Source: Bigelowiella natans CCMP2755 (Eukaryota; Protista; Cercozoa). Taken from it: a stretch of DNA of 64,000 nucleotides. Position numbers and translations under genes: made by a program. The notes under the pieces were generated by a model. The model saw only the letters and a list, made by a program, of their open reading frames with translations. It was not told the DNA's origin and searched no databases. The stretch lies in the NCBI GenBank assembly GCA_000320545.1, contig ADNK01000241.1, forward strand, positions 37,728-101,727, written 5' to 3'. Of this stretch, positions 1-28,342 are shown one piece after another (position 1 is the stretch's first letter; the number at the start of each line of letters is the position of its first letter).

Positions 1-14484
<14,484 letters not shown>

Positions 14485-15956
14485 TATTCCTTATCTCCAG
14501 CCTGACGTTCGAACACATGCACTCTTAGAAACCCCACCTTCGCTCAATAAATGCTATGTGGAACAGTTAACGAAACTTCCTCCTTTCGAGGAGCAATGAG
14601 GGACATAATTTATCGGCTTTGTTGTCAGATTAGCAAAACAAAATGCGAGCAGGGAGGGGCATTCGGACCCGCGAAGGGGCTATGCCAAGAGATGCAACAG
14701 TCCAGAAATCTTAGAAAGCTTTCGTTTTTTGCACGGCGGCTCGACTAATACCATGTCGCTGAGACTTTTTCGGAGTTATGCGAAACCCACCGAAGACCTG
14801 TGTGAAATACATCCTATTATTCCTCGAAGACATAAAAAACAAAAATAATAACCAATAGAATTGCATCGGGCTCCCGACCAGCGACAAAATAACGCCGAAC
14901 CTGCCCTGAGACAAGGTCTCATATTTTTTCGAAGCCTACTCGTATTCGTAGCCGAGAAGGAATAAGCAGGAGATCTTTGCTGTAAACCTTCCTATCTTTT
15001 CTTGGGCGATTTTGCTGTTTAGCTTTTTTCCCGAACCAAATTCGTCAATTAATCTAGGAGAATCGTCCAGGACGTCTTGATCCTTTCTGGAACCCGTCTG
15101 TGAAAGTGAAGGAACATCCCCCATGCAATCTTGCCCGTACTTTTTAGGAAGACACATCTCATTGACGCTTGCCTGAAATGCAGCCTGCTTCTCGACTTGG
15201 TAAACATGTTGTTTTTATTCGGTTCTGATGTTCTTCGAAAAACACCATGGTTTTTCGATAGTTTCCTGACGACTAAGGTGTTTGAGACTCTTGATAGCAC
15301 TAGGAACCCATCGAGTCCCCTGTACGAAAGAAGTCGTATGAATTCAAGGTCATTTACTACTTACGGCAAACAACTAGGATCGAAGTTCGAGCACTCTCCG
15401 ATTGTTTCTGAGGTGCGATCGCCCCTCCCCATTCTGCCTCTCCTCTCTGTGTACATGTATTTCGAATGGTCCATATTTCGCCCTTCGTTTTGATTTGAAT
15501 CTTTCAGGGAGGTTAGATTTTCCTACCTCCCCTTTTTCCGGCAGTTCAAACCCGAGATTCCAATTCTTTTCCTTCCTTGCCATCGGTGTTCGGAATGGGG
15601 ATGGGATTCGAGAATCGATGGGAAGGGGCATCCACCAGTCATTTAAGAATCAGAATATTTACAATTTACGTTTATCAATATATTTTTATTCAAGAAAACC
15701 ATGAACTGCTTGCCTTGCCTCCCCTATCACGAGATTTCAAACTCGCTCTGCATACTTCATTTCCAGCATGGAAGCGCAACAATTTCCGCCCCCCACGCAC
15801 TGTGCACCCACTTGGGAATGTTGCTTTTATACCCAGATAGTGTTTAATTTCATCAACATACCATCAGTCATTGCAGTATCGCCGCACAAAGACTCAGCAG
15901 GGGTCAGCAGACCAGGCAACGCTACTCCCCATTGATACCCAACGAGGCGGTTCAGC
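14485..15956. promoter_or_regulatory. Divergent intergenic/promoter region between UTP10 (-) and the PTEN-like gene (+)
   Basis: Lies between two outward-facing start codons, lacks SSRs and has no recognisable protein motifs. It could hide 5' exons. Confidence 0.45.
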
Positions 15957-16837
15957 ATGAGCAGCCCGCTGAAATATATTTCCGGTGTATTTCGCCGTGC
16001 CCGGCAGAAGGTTGCTGACATCCGCGCGGAGAATCGGTTGCGGAAGTTGTTGGCGAGCAGTGGCCTGGTCAGCATTGACCCCCATTTCGTTTCGGATAAT
16101 ACTAGAAAAAAGACTAGTAAATAGTGGCCATTCTGCACGGACGATTTCCATCTGCGTGCCCGTTTTCATAACATCTACAGGGCCAAAAAAGAAGCGTCTT
16201 TTGTCCTTGTAGCCCTCGATATATCTCATACTCCATGTTGACAGATTTCGAACAGAGCATGTCGAACGAATAACCTACCATTTATGAAGGTGCGGGTGAC
16301 TAGAAATATATTCACGATGGAAGGAGAGAACTTCGACGTTGTGGAACAGGTGGGTATTGATTGCCCACAGTAAACGCAGGCTGTATGCACAGTTGCTTAT
16401 CAGTCTGCTGCTGCCCGCCCCCCCCCCCCCCCCCCCTTTCTTTTGACGCATGAACTACTCGTAGGTTTTAGAAAGGTTCCACGGTGGGCATTATCTCGTG
16501 GTGGTGGTTGGCTCACACATCTTACGTTCTTGTCCCGAGGGGGTGCTGGAATCCGTAAAGATTGATTTCGAACACCCAGATTCTCTATCGGACGTGATCT
16601 CAGCCTGTCAGGTGATAATAGGACTTGCATCTAATTCTGTTGTGCGTAGTAATCGTTTGAGGTATGCAGATGAACCAAGGGACGTTTTCCCATTAGTAAC
16701 ACCTGTCGTCTTTCTTCTTCGTTTATGTATGCGCTAGTCAATGAATCGCTGGCTCTTGGCGGACGACAAGAACATCATCGTCCTCTGCGCAGATAGGTTG
16801 TGAAATGCGTTAATGGGTGCGCATGAGCGTGTGATGG

Positions 16838-16876
<39 letters not shown>

Positions 16877-18930
16877 AGTGAGAGAGAGAGAGAGAGAACG
16901 CTTGTAGTGAATGGTGACTGGATGGAGTGTACAAATGTGATAGTACAGTATAATATTGTTACAACCATATGGATGTTGTTGCTGTTGTTTTCCACTTATT
17001 ACCGTTCTACGTCTAGTTGCTAATTGAGACAACCAGTGGTTTTGAAATGTTGTATCTGTCTTTTCCCACTCTCCACCTTCCCACAGCAAACAGCTCGACA
17101 AGCTAGTGACGTGCATGCTCTACTTCAAGCTTCAAAAGGCGGCGGGAAAAGTGAAGTCTCCGGCGAATGAGGTCAAGATAGAAAATAATACGTTGAAGAA
17201 TAGAGAGGAGACAACTTCTACCATGAAGGAGGAGGAGGAGGAGGAGGAGGAGGAGGAGGAGGAGAAGAAAGCTCTTGGAGATGGCGATGATGCCGGTAGT
17301 GCCGATGATAATGGAGTGACGATGGAGGCTACTGCTGCTAGTACTACTGGTGATGGTGGTGGTGTTGCTGCTAGAGCCCAAAGGAAAGCACTTGTTCATG
17401 AGAAGCCGGCAACAATGAGGGTCGATACAACGACACCAATCAAAAGTGATCATCGTCGCATTGCAACCGCTCAAAAACGGCTCCTAAGGCTGCTTCCATC
17501 GCATAGGTCTAACCCCGTACGTGCGAGTATATTCTGGCGCGCATTTGATGTGTGCTTGGGGGAGAAGAGGAGGGGCGGGGTTCCCGCTCCTTCTCCTCCT
17601 ACTCCTCTCCACCTCTCTTCACCACTCTCAATCATCAGTTTAATGTTTAATCCTATCTTGTTGCTATGGCCATGTTTCTGGGTGTGGTGTGGTGCTATTA
17701 TGCATGCTTGGTATTGATGCACGATCGATCTTCTTAGGCGATTTGTCAAAGACTTCAAGGTGGCTATCGAATGCGGCTACTCTTCTGCTGGGGACCCCTT
17801 AGTAATAAATAATCGTAGCTAGCAACAATGATAATGTAGTGGATGGATACGCGAATCGCCAAACCATCATCATATTCACCATCATCACAACCATCATTAT
17901 CATCGTCATCATCATCAACCTAATATTCCAACGATGATCGACGTTTGCACAGATTCTGAAGGAATTAGTGATTGAAAACCTACCCCCTGCTGATAGAACG
18001 GGGGCGAAGATCTCCATACTGATTCAACAGAATAAGGTATTTTGTGCTTGCTTTCTGTACGTGCATGTTTTATCCTTCTGCGATAGTTATAAAGTGGCAG
18101 AAATGATGGTTGTGTGTGTTGCAGCGGAGGAGGAGGAAAAGGGGGGTATTCTTGCCATATTGTATAGTCCTCGAGTACAAGCGCCCTCCTCCTCCTCCTC
18201 CTCCTCCTCTACCTCTGTCCACGTATTATGTGCTAACATGTCGTACGCCATTCCACCAGCGATTCGCCTTCTCGACGATGCAGCGGGGCGGTGTGATCTG
18301 GCTGCCAGCGACAAAAAAGGACCCTGCCACAGCATGCATCTCTATAGGGTAAATATATAGCTAACAATAACACTCAACAATTCTTCTTTAAAGAACACCT
18401 TCACGCTAAATCGGTCGTGAAAGGTTTACTCCACGATATCAGTTGTGGCACGCTACAGCTGCATCGAGATATCAGTATATTTCTATCATCATCATGATCA
18501 TCGTATGCCCCCCCTCCCCCCTCCTCTCCACCCACACACACCGCCCACCACACCGTTACAGGGCCAAAGTCATGGAGGATGCAGTGATAAGGGTCTATCA
18601 TCACCCGGAGCGCGCCACTACGTCTAGGCCACAGAAGTTGCTTTTCAAGGTGCTGCTGTCCATCTACCTGACCGTGTATCTGTCCGTATGCGCTGAGAAC
18701 GGTTGAGAATGATGAGGAACTTGTGTATATCGTCTGGCGAGTCTCTTATCGGTGACTCCGTGAGAAATCTGAGCTGCGATCTGCTTCAAGGGGGAAAACT
18801 AATAATCGCTCCTCCACATCTCAACCCCCCCCCATTCCCTTACTCCGAAGGAGAGAAAAGCCAACGACAAAAACGGAGCAACTAATTCAATGTTCCGCTA
18901 TCCGCAACCCCTTCCCCCTCCCCCCCCTCC

Positions 18931-18969
<39 letters not shown>

Positions 18970-19109
18970 AGGTGCAGATATATATGGACATCGCGAGGCA
19001 TAGGGGGTACCTACTTCGGTACGAGAAGGGAGACATCGACGAGACGGCGACGAAGGACTCTTACCCATCCAAGTTCCGATTTCAGACCATTTTCGAAGGT
19101 TGCTGTCAT

Positions 19110-19174
<65 letters not shown>

Positions 19175-19540
19175 GGCCGTGCTTCTGGCCTCAGTTTCAA
19201 AATGAAGTCATTCGCCTCAAGTTGCATTACGATATCCCCTCACTTAGAACCTGATTCAAAAACGGTGTCGCGGCACGCGCAGCCGCACTCCAAACGCACG
19301 CAGAGGGCGAAAAAATACTGGTAATTCGTTGTTTAGAGCTGTTAGTACCAGCATTCCAAAACTATCGTGATTTACCTAATACTACTACAACTACTACTAC
19401 TACTACTACTACTACAACAACAACTACTACTACCGGTGATAAGCAAGTATAGCCCTACACCCTCCCGTTTTATTTTCAGTAGCGACGTGCAATATGTTAC
19501 TATATCTTCTGCAGGGTGACGATGACGACGATGATGATAT

Positions 19541-19575
<35 letters not shown>

Positions 19576-20055
19576 CCGGGCCAAGAAATTTCTCTAGTAT
19601 CATCGGCAATCATGCTGAGTTATGCCGTGAAATTGCGGTGTTGTCGCGTTTTCGTGAAAACCAAGATGAGTCAGTCGCTGTGGTGTGAGACCGCCTACAC
19701 TTATCATCGCTCTATTGCTGCTACTATGAAATTGTAAAAGGGAGGAGATGAAGAAGCGCAAGGGATACACAACCATCGCCCGGGTCGACCTGTTGACCCT
19801 CTTGAAGGTTGGGGGGGGGAGTAGTGCGTGAGGAGGAGGGAGGAGGAGGAGCAGAGTTATGATGATGATGACGACGACGACGACGACGACGATGATGATG
19901 ATGATAGTGGAACGATGAGCAGAGCCAATGATCAACCCAAGTTGTAATAATGATTACAATAATATTGGGTGAGAGAGAGAGAGAGAGAGAGGGGAGAGGG
20001 ATGAAGGAGGGGAAAGAGAAGCATAGCTGGTGTGCGAGGAGAATTTCCTTCTAAT

Positions 20056-20105
<50 letters not shown>

Positions 20106-20905
20106 CGGTTGTTCATACGTGTGATCGTACTGTCCTTAGGAAGAAGAAGGAAAGCAAAGAAGGTGGTTGTTGTTGCCTTTGTTTCTCTCCCTTCTTTCTT
20201 CTCTTTTTTTAAATTATATGTGATGATGCATGCCATGAACAAAGATCAACCCATATGGCAGTGTAGTGCATGCAGATGATGATGATGTAAAAACATGAAT
20301 TCCTCCTCCCCCCATCCCCCTTTCCCAGTGTCGTTTGGGTGAGTAGCTGATGGTGAAGCGTTGTTGTCGTTGTCGTTGTTGTTGTTATTGTTATTCTTGT
20401 TGTTAATCTGGACAAAACGATAGTAGAAAAATGATGAAGGCATGCCATAGCAACCGAGAAAAGTACTAGCCAATGCACTCACACACTTACACACACAATA
20501 CACAATACACACGCATGGACAACTTCGAGCTTTTATACTGGTTTCCATTGAAATCGTAGTAGTGCATACATGCGTGCATGAATCATCATCACAAACAATG
20601 CGTGGGTTTCCCCCCTGCAATAGCGTTCGAATGCTGACGGGGAGGGTGGAAAGACTATTATGTGAGGGGCCACTTTGATTTCTCCTTTGCCTACCAACGA
20701 TTTAATCACGTCTCCCCTCCCCTTTGACAGATCCACGAGCGTGGAAGGTGATAGCAAGACAGAGGAGCACCACGCCGCTCGCAACAGCTCCGAACACGCT
20801 GATGAAGGGCGCGAAATGTAACTACTAATCTGCGGCTGTATGTTCTAGTTGTTTCTCCTTCAAATGCTGAGAATACTCGCTGTGCTCTGTGTGTGCTCTG
20901 TGTGT

Positions 20906-20969
<64 letters not shown>

Positions 20970-21068
20970 TGAACTAGGCTGGACGACCTGAAGCTTGCGC
21001 AGCAGCTGCAGATGCAGTTTGACCTCGAAGCCAAAACGGAGGTGGATGGAGCAGGGAGCGGCAGCGAA

Positions 21069-21099
<31 letters not shown>

Positions 21100-21657
21100 G
21101 CAATTTTACCGGTAGTGAAGAGGAGGAGGAGGAGGCATCATCGCATCGTGTCTGTTAGATTTTATCTCTGGATATGCTGTTTACTATGTAACGATTTCAC
21201 TGTCGGCCGCTTTCATGCCTAACTTTACACTTATGCACACACCTGTAAATATGTTGTGTGTATGTGTGTGTGTGGTGGGGTTGTATTTTTTTAACTCACT
21301 CTCTGTTCTTCATATCCTTTTCAGGCGACGAGGCGTATGCACGGCAGCTACAGATGCAAATCGATAGTGAATATGTGCACTCGAGTCGAGAGCGCAGGGT
21401 AACGACATCGTTGCAAGCGTGCATGCGTGTTCTCATATTGTGTCTTATCATAATTATTTCATCGTCATCATCGTCATCATCATCATTGTCATCATCGTCA
21501 TCATCATCATCGTCATCATCATCATTATCATTATCCCACGCAGCGGAGACGTGAATCGAGAACAGAGGTGTTACTTCGAACGGGGGTAATAATGCATCAT
21601 GCTACTACTACTACTACTACTACTTCTACTTCTACTACCGCCTTCAACATCTTCGTT

Positions 21658-21688
<31 letters not shown>

Positions 21689-21884
21689 CACTCAAGTGTC
21701 GTCTTCGTTACTGATTGTGTGCATCATCGTGTTATGTGGTTGTGGGGGTGCCTAACCCAGGCGATAGAACCAAGCCAGCTGCAATACGAGCAACTTCTAG
21801 AACTTGACGTACTACCTACCTACCTACCTACCTACCTACCAACATGCTGCCCAGATAATGGATGATGGGGATGATAGTGATGAC

Positions 21885-21918
<34 letters not shown>

Positions 21919-22767
21919 GCAATGGTTACATCCACCCAGTTCCTGGAATATTTGTAAACTTCGAAAGCCGGTAATTTATCTCTTCTGCAGCACGGGCTGA
22001 AGACAGTACAGACTCATCGGAGAAAGAATGAGTTTTTACAATTAGAAATGGAAAAACCATGATCGATTGCCCCCCGCCCCCCAACACACACACAGGCAGG
22101 AATCCAGCACGGGTTTCATAGAAACGCACAGCTCATTAGCATGCTTCCCGAATTTAAGTGTAAAGGTAATGGATCCAACGATATTAGGCGTTCGTTGTCG
22201 AGTGTTTCTTTACATCAATGCATCATTGTGGAAAGAGTTCACACATCGAGCGATATCTAAGCAGAAGCTTCATAGCGGTCATCGGATGATTGAATTGCAC
22301 ATTTCTCTACTGATACTTGATCACTTCCCAATCCCCCTCCCCCTCCCCCATCCCACTCAGGAAAGCAATGTGAGCAGAAGTGCATGGTCTGCTTCGAGAA
22401 TTACGAGGAGGGAGAGTCGTTGCGGGCACTCCCTTGCATGCATACGTTCCACAGGAAATGCATTGACAAGTGGCTTCGTCTATCTAAGAAGGTGTGCTTT
22501 GAGATGGAGCATGAGGAGGAGGAAGAGGAGGAGGAGGAGGAGGAGGAGGAGGAGGAGGAGGAGAAGAGGGGGGGGGGAGGGGAGGTTGGGAATGGAAATA
22601 TTTACGTGAATAAAATAGCGAAGCATATGTGTTGTGCGTTTGCATGCGCGTGCTATTTCAAGAACCAGTATTGAATTGTTGGCACATCATCTCACCCTCC
22701 CTCCCTCCCTCCCTAGTGTCCTATTTGCAACCGGAGAGTCGACGAAGCAATGGCTTCCATACAATGA
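15957..22767 (+). CDS. PTEN/tensin-type pseudophosphatase + PTEN-C2 + two MIU-like motifs + C-terminal RING-H2 (putative E3 ubiquitin ligase); multi-exon
   Basis: Phosphatase fold: ENFDVVEQ|[23 protein letters not shown]|[20 protein letters not shown]|[18 protein letters not shown]|RFVKDF. C2 domain: L|[30 protein letters not shown]|[24 protein letters not shown]-like: [12 protein letters not shown] and [11 protein letters not shown], followed by [14 protein letters not shown]2: [37 protein letters not shown]|CPIC, stop at 22767. The start codon and the 19.2-20.8 kb exons are less certain. Confidence 0.8.
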
Positions 22768-22884
22768 TTATATTCATTGATAGAGCAGCACCAAGACGAA
22801 GGACTAGATAAGCAAAAATTGCAGACAAAAGCGCGTTCCCGCTGCCCTGTTACAAGGGTCAAGGGTGCGGTTATATGGGCACTA

Positions 22885-22925
<41 letters not shown>

Positions 22926-23088
22926 TCTGCTCCTCTCAGTCTTCAACTCACCGTCGGCCTCTTAGCGGGGATGGATGATGATGAAGATTATGATGATGAG
23001 GATGTGGCAGATAATATTACCACGGGCCCATGTTAGTGTTGATACAAATATTATGTAAGATATATCATCTACATGTAAACACACACAG

Positions 23089-23120
<32 letters not shown>

Positions 23121-23130
23121 TATATATTAT

Positions 23131-23169
<39 letters not shown>

Positions 23170-23409
23170 CCCTCACTATTTATACATCCCCTCCCCCCCC
23201 TCCCCCTCTAGACCTCCCCTTTCCCTCGCATCGCTGTACGATTTTATTGAAAAGAAAACGTAAAAGAAATGTCACGCCTTGTTTACTATGACTGCCTGAT
23301 TAAGACTCCCAGAATGCAATGACATTGCAATTATCAATGCTCGCTCTCATCGACTAATGGGCGCTTCTGGTTCATGCATTGCAAGCAATTCAAAAGCATA
23401 AGTGTAAGC

Positions 23410-23975
23410 GGTGCTGCTAGGCTGGCGTGGTCAATGCGAACTAACGAGCAAAGAACGTGTGAGTATGCGTGCGCAGCACAGCAACTATGCTAGCATGGAT
23501 GCATTGTAAATAAGACACAATTATTGCACATTGAAACAACTCATGCAACATGTGGAAAATAAAGTTTGATATTTGCTTGCCTATATTTCGCTGCATGCTA
23601 GCATGGCCGATATGATAATGTGCATGACGACCCAATCTAGCAATGAAAGTCAACCTTTAGATTCATTCTCATCTACACGGCGTCAAATTCCTTGTGCAAT
23701 CTAGCTAGCTAGCAATGTATTCAAATGATTCAGTCTAGCAGTGTTGTGCAGCTCGTCACTCTTTGATCGAAATCCATGTCGATTTGCACAGCATCTCAGC
23801 ACTTGCCTCACTATGACGACCATGCTAGCATGGAGATTCTCTTTCTAGCTTTCCTTCGACGGCATAATATTGCGTGGCTGTTTTGGTCGTCACAAATATA
23901 TAAGGACAATGACATCGTCTGAGGCGAATTGATGCAATTGCATTGCTAGAGTCTCACATGCATAGCTAGCGCTCC
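23410..23975. other. CTAG/CATG-rich intergenic island between convergent 3' ends
   Basis: About 12 CTAG counted in ~570 nt, including ctagctagctag and two exact CATGCTAGCATG. Confidence 0.75.
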
Positions 23976-24491
23976 CAGATTGCTCTGCAGAGTTATTCTC
24001 AGAATGTGCTCAGCGCATGAACTTGGCTCACAAAGTTACATTGCTCCTTTGGATTCAATCAAATCCTAATTTATTTCGCCGCATCCCCTTCCGAGAGATA
24101 TCGGATTTCTTATCCTTCCTCTGCCGTGCGGCATTTCGAGAAGCTTTTCGAGCCTGTACGTTGTAGAATACAGTTAGGATTAAAATTAAAAATATTATAT
24201 TGTCTCAAGACTAGAGTAGGTGCTACTTCTTCTGATTTCTCAGAGAAATAAGTGCATACTGCAAGACGACCCACCTTCCGCTCCAAAATGAAGTCTTTCT
24301 TTGATTTCACAACGACTGTTGTTGTCGATTTCGCGGGGGGGGGGGGGAGTATCTGTGGTTCCCTGGGCCTCAGATCCTAACACACAGCCAAAAATGCACA
24401 CACGCGACGTTCAAGGCAAGGCGCGCCGTGCGAAGCTAACGATGCTAGACATTTTGTACTCACCGCGCCGATAGGGTCCTCGATTCGATGC

Positions 24492-25266
24492 TCATGGATG
24501 TAAGGAGTCACCCAATGATCGCCTGGGTTAAACACAACATGCCGTCCCCGGTCACAACGATTGGGTGAGATGAATAAAAAGAGCGTGGTAGCGAAGGCAG
24601 TACCGATTGTCGTCACCGCTACTCGCCATCCCTTCCGCGGACTGAAGAGAGGGAAAATACTCATGATTATATCAGACGACCAGCAGTTGCGTATGATAAG
24701 AACAGATGGCACTGCTTTCAGTGCTATAGGGATATGCTGCCATCATATATGCGTTTGCTGCAAGCCCTTAGGGTAACAATGATGATATACCATAACATGC
24801 TACATCCTACCTTGATAGAAGCAGGGCCATGCGGCTTGTCGCAATATCGACGTCCGCGGACAACACGGAATCAGCCTTTTCGATGGATATATGATCATTC
24901 ATCTACGCTTCCAGGGCTACTGTGAACGCTTTCGTTCGTCGTCTCGACGTCGCATGCTGGTGGCAACGGGGAGGGCTACTTCTCGCATGATGAAAGACAC
25001 CACATATCTTATTTATCGCTACACAGCAGCACATATCATCACACGCTTGCGGCCATCGGTGAAGGCTCAAAACACTCAGCATTGCGTGCTCTCACCTTGT
25101 CCGGGAGCGTAGCGCGAATCAGATGCCCTGGTGCCATCCTGGTGGTGCGACAATACGAGGAAAGGCGACAGTGATCTTCGGCAAAATAATAACGGATGCT
25201 ATCATCATCCCACAGATATAGCGAACCATCACGAAGCAACATAGGATTTTCAACCACACACGCACG

Positions 25267-25302
<36 letters not shown>

Positions 25303-25689
25303 ACACGCTTAGACAACATCTCACACACGCGTACACTCCCCCTTTAATTATCGCATAATTCTTGTCATTGTTGCCAGCAGTCTATATCGTTCTTGGCATC
25401 TAAAACACGTCGTCGTCGGGCAGTGCATCGTTATATTATGATACGACTACTACCAGGGCTGTATAAGAACCTAAAAACAATGTGAGTACTACGTGACGGA
25501 GCTGCTACTTACTGGTCGCATACAATCAATTGGATTCCTCAATTTATGCAACTCCACCCCCCCTCTCCCTCCTCGTTCATGTAGAATAAGACTCATCAAA
25601 CCTCAGAGACTGTGGTAATTATAGCGGCGCTTGGGGTCGTGAAGACGTTCTCAATCTGCCAAAGACATTATCCCATTCATCACAACATC

Positions 25690-25724
<35 letters not shown>

Positions 25725-27079
25725 CGCCAGAACTAATGAGACAACACGATATTGCCCTGGCTACCTCAGCATCCAGGTACATCGAGGCCAGCACTTTCTG
25801 CCTGTAGTTATGATTCACAATCGATCAGTAAGGGAACAAACAGCGGCATGCATACGCATATGCATTGCAGCAATGGCAGCCTCGAAGTACCCTGAGTAAC
25901 ATTCTCCCACACTTACCGCTTGATGGCGATGAAGCGAAGCGTATATCTATGCTCACGAATGTCGCTAAATGCTAGAAGGCCTTCTCTCGCAAACACCCAT
26001 CCTTTACGTATCTAGATACAGCAGTGGCAGTAGCGGAAGTAGCATCGGAAGAGGGTTAGGATGGGGTGGGAGACTTATACTTACAACATAAGCACACAAA
26101 CACAAACACCACGCATTATACACGGTATAGGGGTATATGAGAAGGGGAGGCTGACCTTGGCATTGGCATGAGTTTTAAACAGGACATGTTTCTTGATTGT
26201 TATTCTTCCCTGGAACAACAACAACGCAGAAACTAACGACGGATATATTATTACGAGATTATTCCGAGTACTACTCCGCCTTCTTCCCCCACCCACCTCC
26301 CCCCCCTTCTTCTCCAACAACAAGCCCACCCCATTACCACACCTTCTTGTCGGCAACAATCATTCGATTCTTATATTCCAACTTCCAAACGACGCTGTCT
26401 TCTTGCGCTTGCGCCTTGCTACTGCTGCTGCTGCTGCTGCACTTGAGAATCCGCTGCCTATGCTTCAGGAACATGCTCTTCGCATCCTCATCGCTTTGCC
26501 GTAGATAAGGGCTCGAGACACCCACAACGCTCACACAGCTGGGGTTCTTAGCTGCGTCCCTCAAGCCTTGTTTACACTCGCTCAGCCGCAGCTCCGAGCA
26601 GCGAATTTGGTCGAGTTGCGAAGCGCTGATGGCTTTCATCTCCTCCTTCGATAGCTTGCGGGGTAGGATTTGCACGGACCGGAGCCTCGCACAAGCGGGA
26701 GGGGTGAAGTCCCCGACTCCATGAAATCGTATCTATGAGGGAGGGAGGGAGGGAGGGGGGGAGGGGGGGAGGGGCATTTACTTAGCGCAAAGAATTCTTC
26801 AAAAAAGCAATGACACTCCTTAAGATTTGATCTACATCAAGGGCAAGAAGAAGCACGCGTTGTGGTGCATTGACGCTTTCGAGAAATCCTCAGATCGCGC
26901 ACGCGGCGAATGATGATGGCGACAACGACAACGACAACGACGATGACCTGTGTGCTGAAGCGCGGATAAAGGTGTGAGGGTAGCGAACATGGCTTTTGCA
27001 TCTTTCCCGAGATGCAGGTGCGCACGGACCCGTTGGCTTCGAAACTGCAAGATGATGATGATGATGATGGTGATGATGG

Positions 27080-27112
<33 letters not shown>

Positions 27113-27677
27113 CCATATCATCAGATATGCCATATATAGGATCATATATTAGAGAGTAGAATGCTAATACAGGTATATCAGGAGCATAAGTTTCTCCGAC
27201 AAAATTTAATTCTGAAAACCGGATGATTTCTGCCAAGCTTGTCGGCCCCCCACTTAAAAATCATCGGCGTCTTCGTTAAGAAGTTTCACGAGTAATAACT
27301 CCAACATATTGCTACTATTTCATATGGAGCTGTCACACACATGCACACGCGCGCACGCACGCACGCACTATACGAATCTGTCAATTTCCGTCGGTAGTAA
27401 GTTCACCCTACCCTATCATCACGTGGCTCCACTTCTTACGGGGCACCTCTCCCACGCACTTCGACCAGATCTGAGGCCTATTCGCTTTACGATGATGGCA
27501 CGTCGAAACGATGATCAATCTATGTAGTAGACAACAAAGTCAAATAAACACCGCTGCCATCACGCCCTTCACTCGATGCGCTTTCATTGCGAAAGAAGTC
27601 GTAAAACACCGTGAATACGCGTCATCCGAAGACACCGAGTGGGTCGAGTTTTAGCCTGAGGGCTCATCTCTTTCTCC

Positions 27678-27712
<35 letters not shown>

Positions 27713-28275
27713 CCATCATTTTCTATAAAGCTGCTATGTCAAATAATGTAATTTATACTCGTCGGTGGGATGGTCGTCATCTTCTTGCTTTCCCCCTCTT
27801 CCTCCTCCCCCCGCTTTAGTAGCAGCAGCAGTAGCGGCGGCGGCAGCCATTATCGCGTCGGTGGGCTTGCTCCACATCTTCGGCTGGAGCGACTTCATCT
27901 TCCCTCTAGCGACCAAGAAAGAAGAAATGCGAGCAGCAGACATTTAGTAATCAATCATCCCCCCCCCCATCCATCCCGCCCCTTCTAACTAGTTGCTTGT
28001 TCTGACTTACGGTGGCGTGGTCGCTCTGAGCCAAACTGAGGGCATGTGGTGCTGGCGCTCCTTGGCCAAACCGTCCGCCGCCCACATTGGTACCGAGTGC
28101 AAGAGGCAGCTGTTTTGTACGAATGGGTACGATTCTTCAGGGCACACGTGGAAGGAGAGCGTGAACCTGAAATATGCCATGCCAGGAAGAAGATGATGAT
28201 GATGATGATGTGGGCATTATGACGGGAAATATACATATCAAGATGGTGGTGGAAGCAGTAGCCCATGTGTGATCA

Positions 28276-28342
<67 letters not shown>

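Noticed and set aside
14551-15900. Short ORFs between UTP10 and the PTEN-like gene
   Set aside because: No recognisable motifs, and I could not build a phase-consistent exon chain.
15827-16229. In-frame TGA readthrough or alternative genetic code on the minus strand
   Set aside because: The region is antisense to PTEN-like exons, and TGA serves as a normal stop in several genes here.
26150-26215. GRITIKKHVLF resembling the start of an OmpA-like domain
   Set aside because: No downstream GHTD or LS..RA motifs found.
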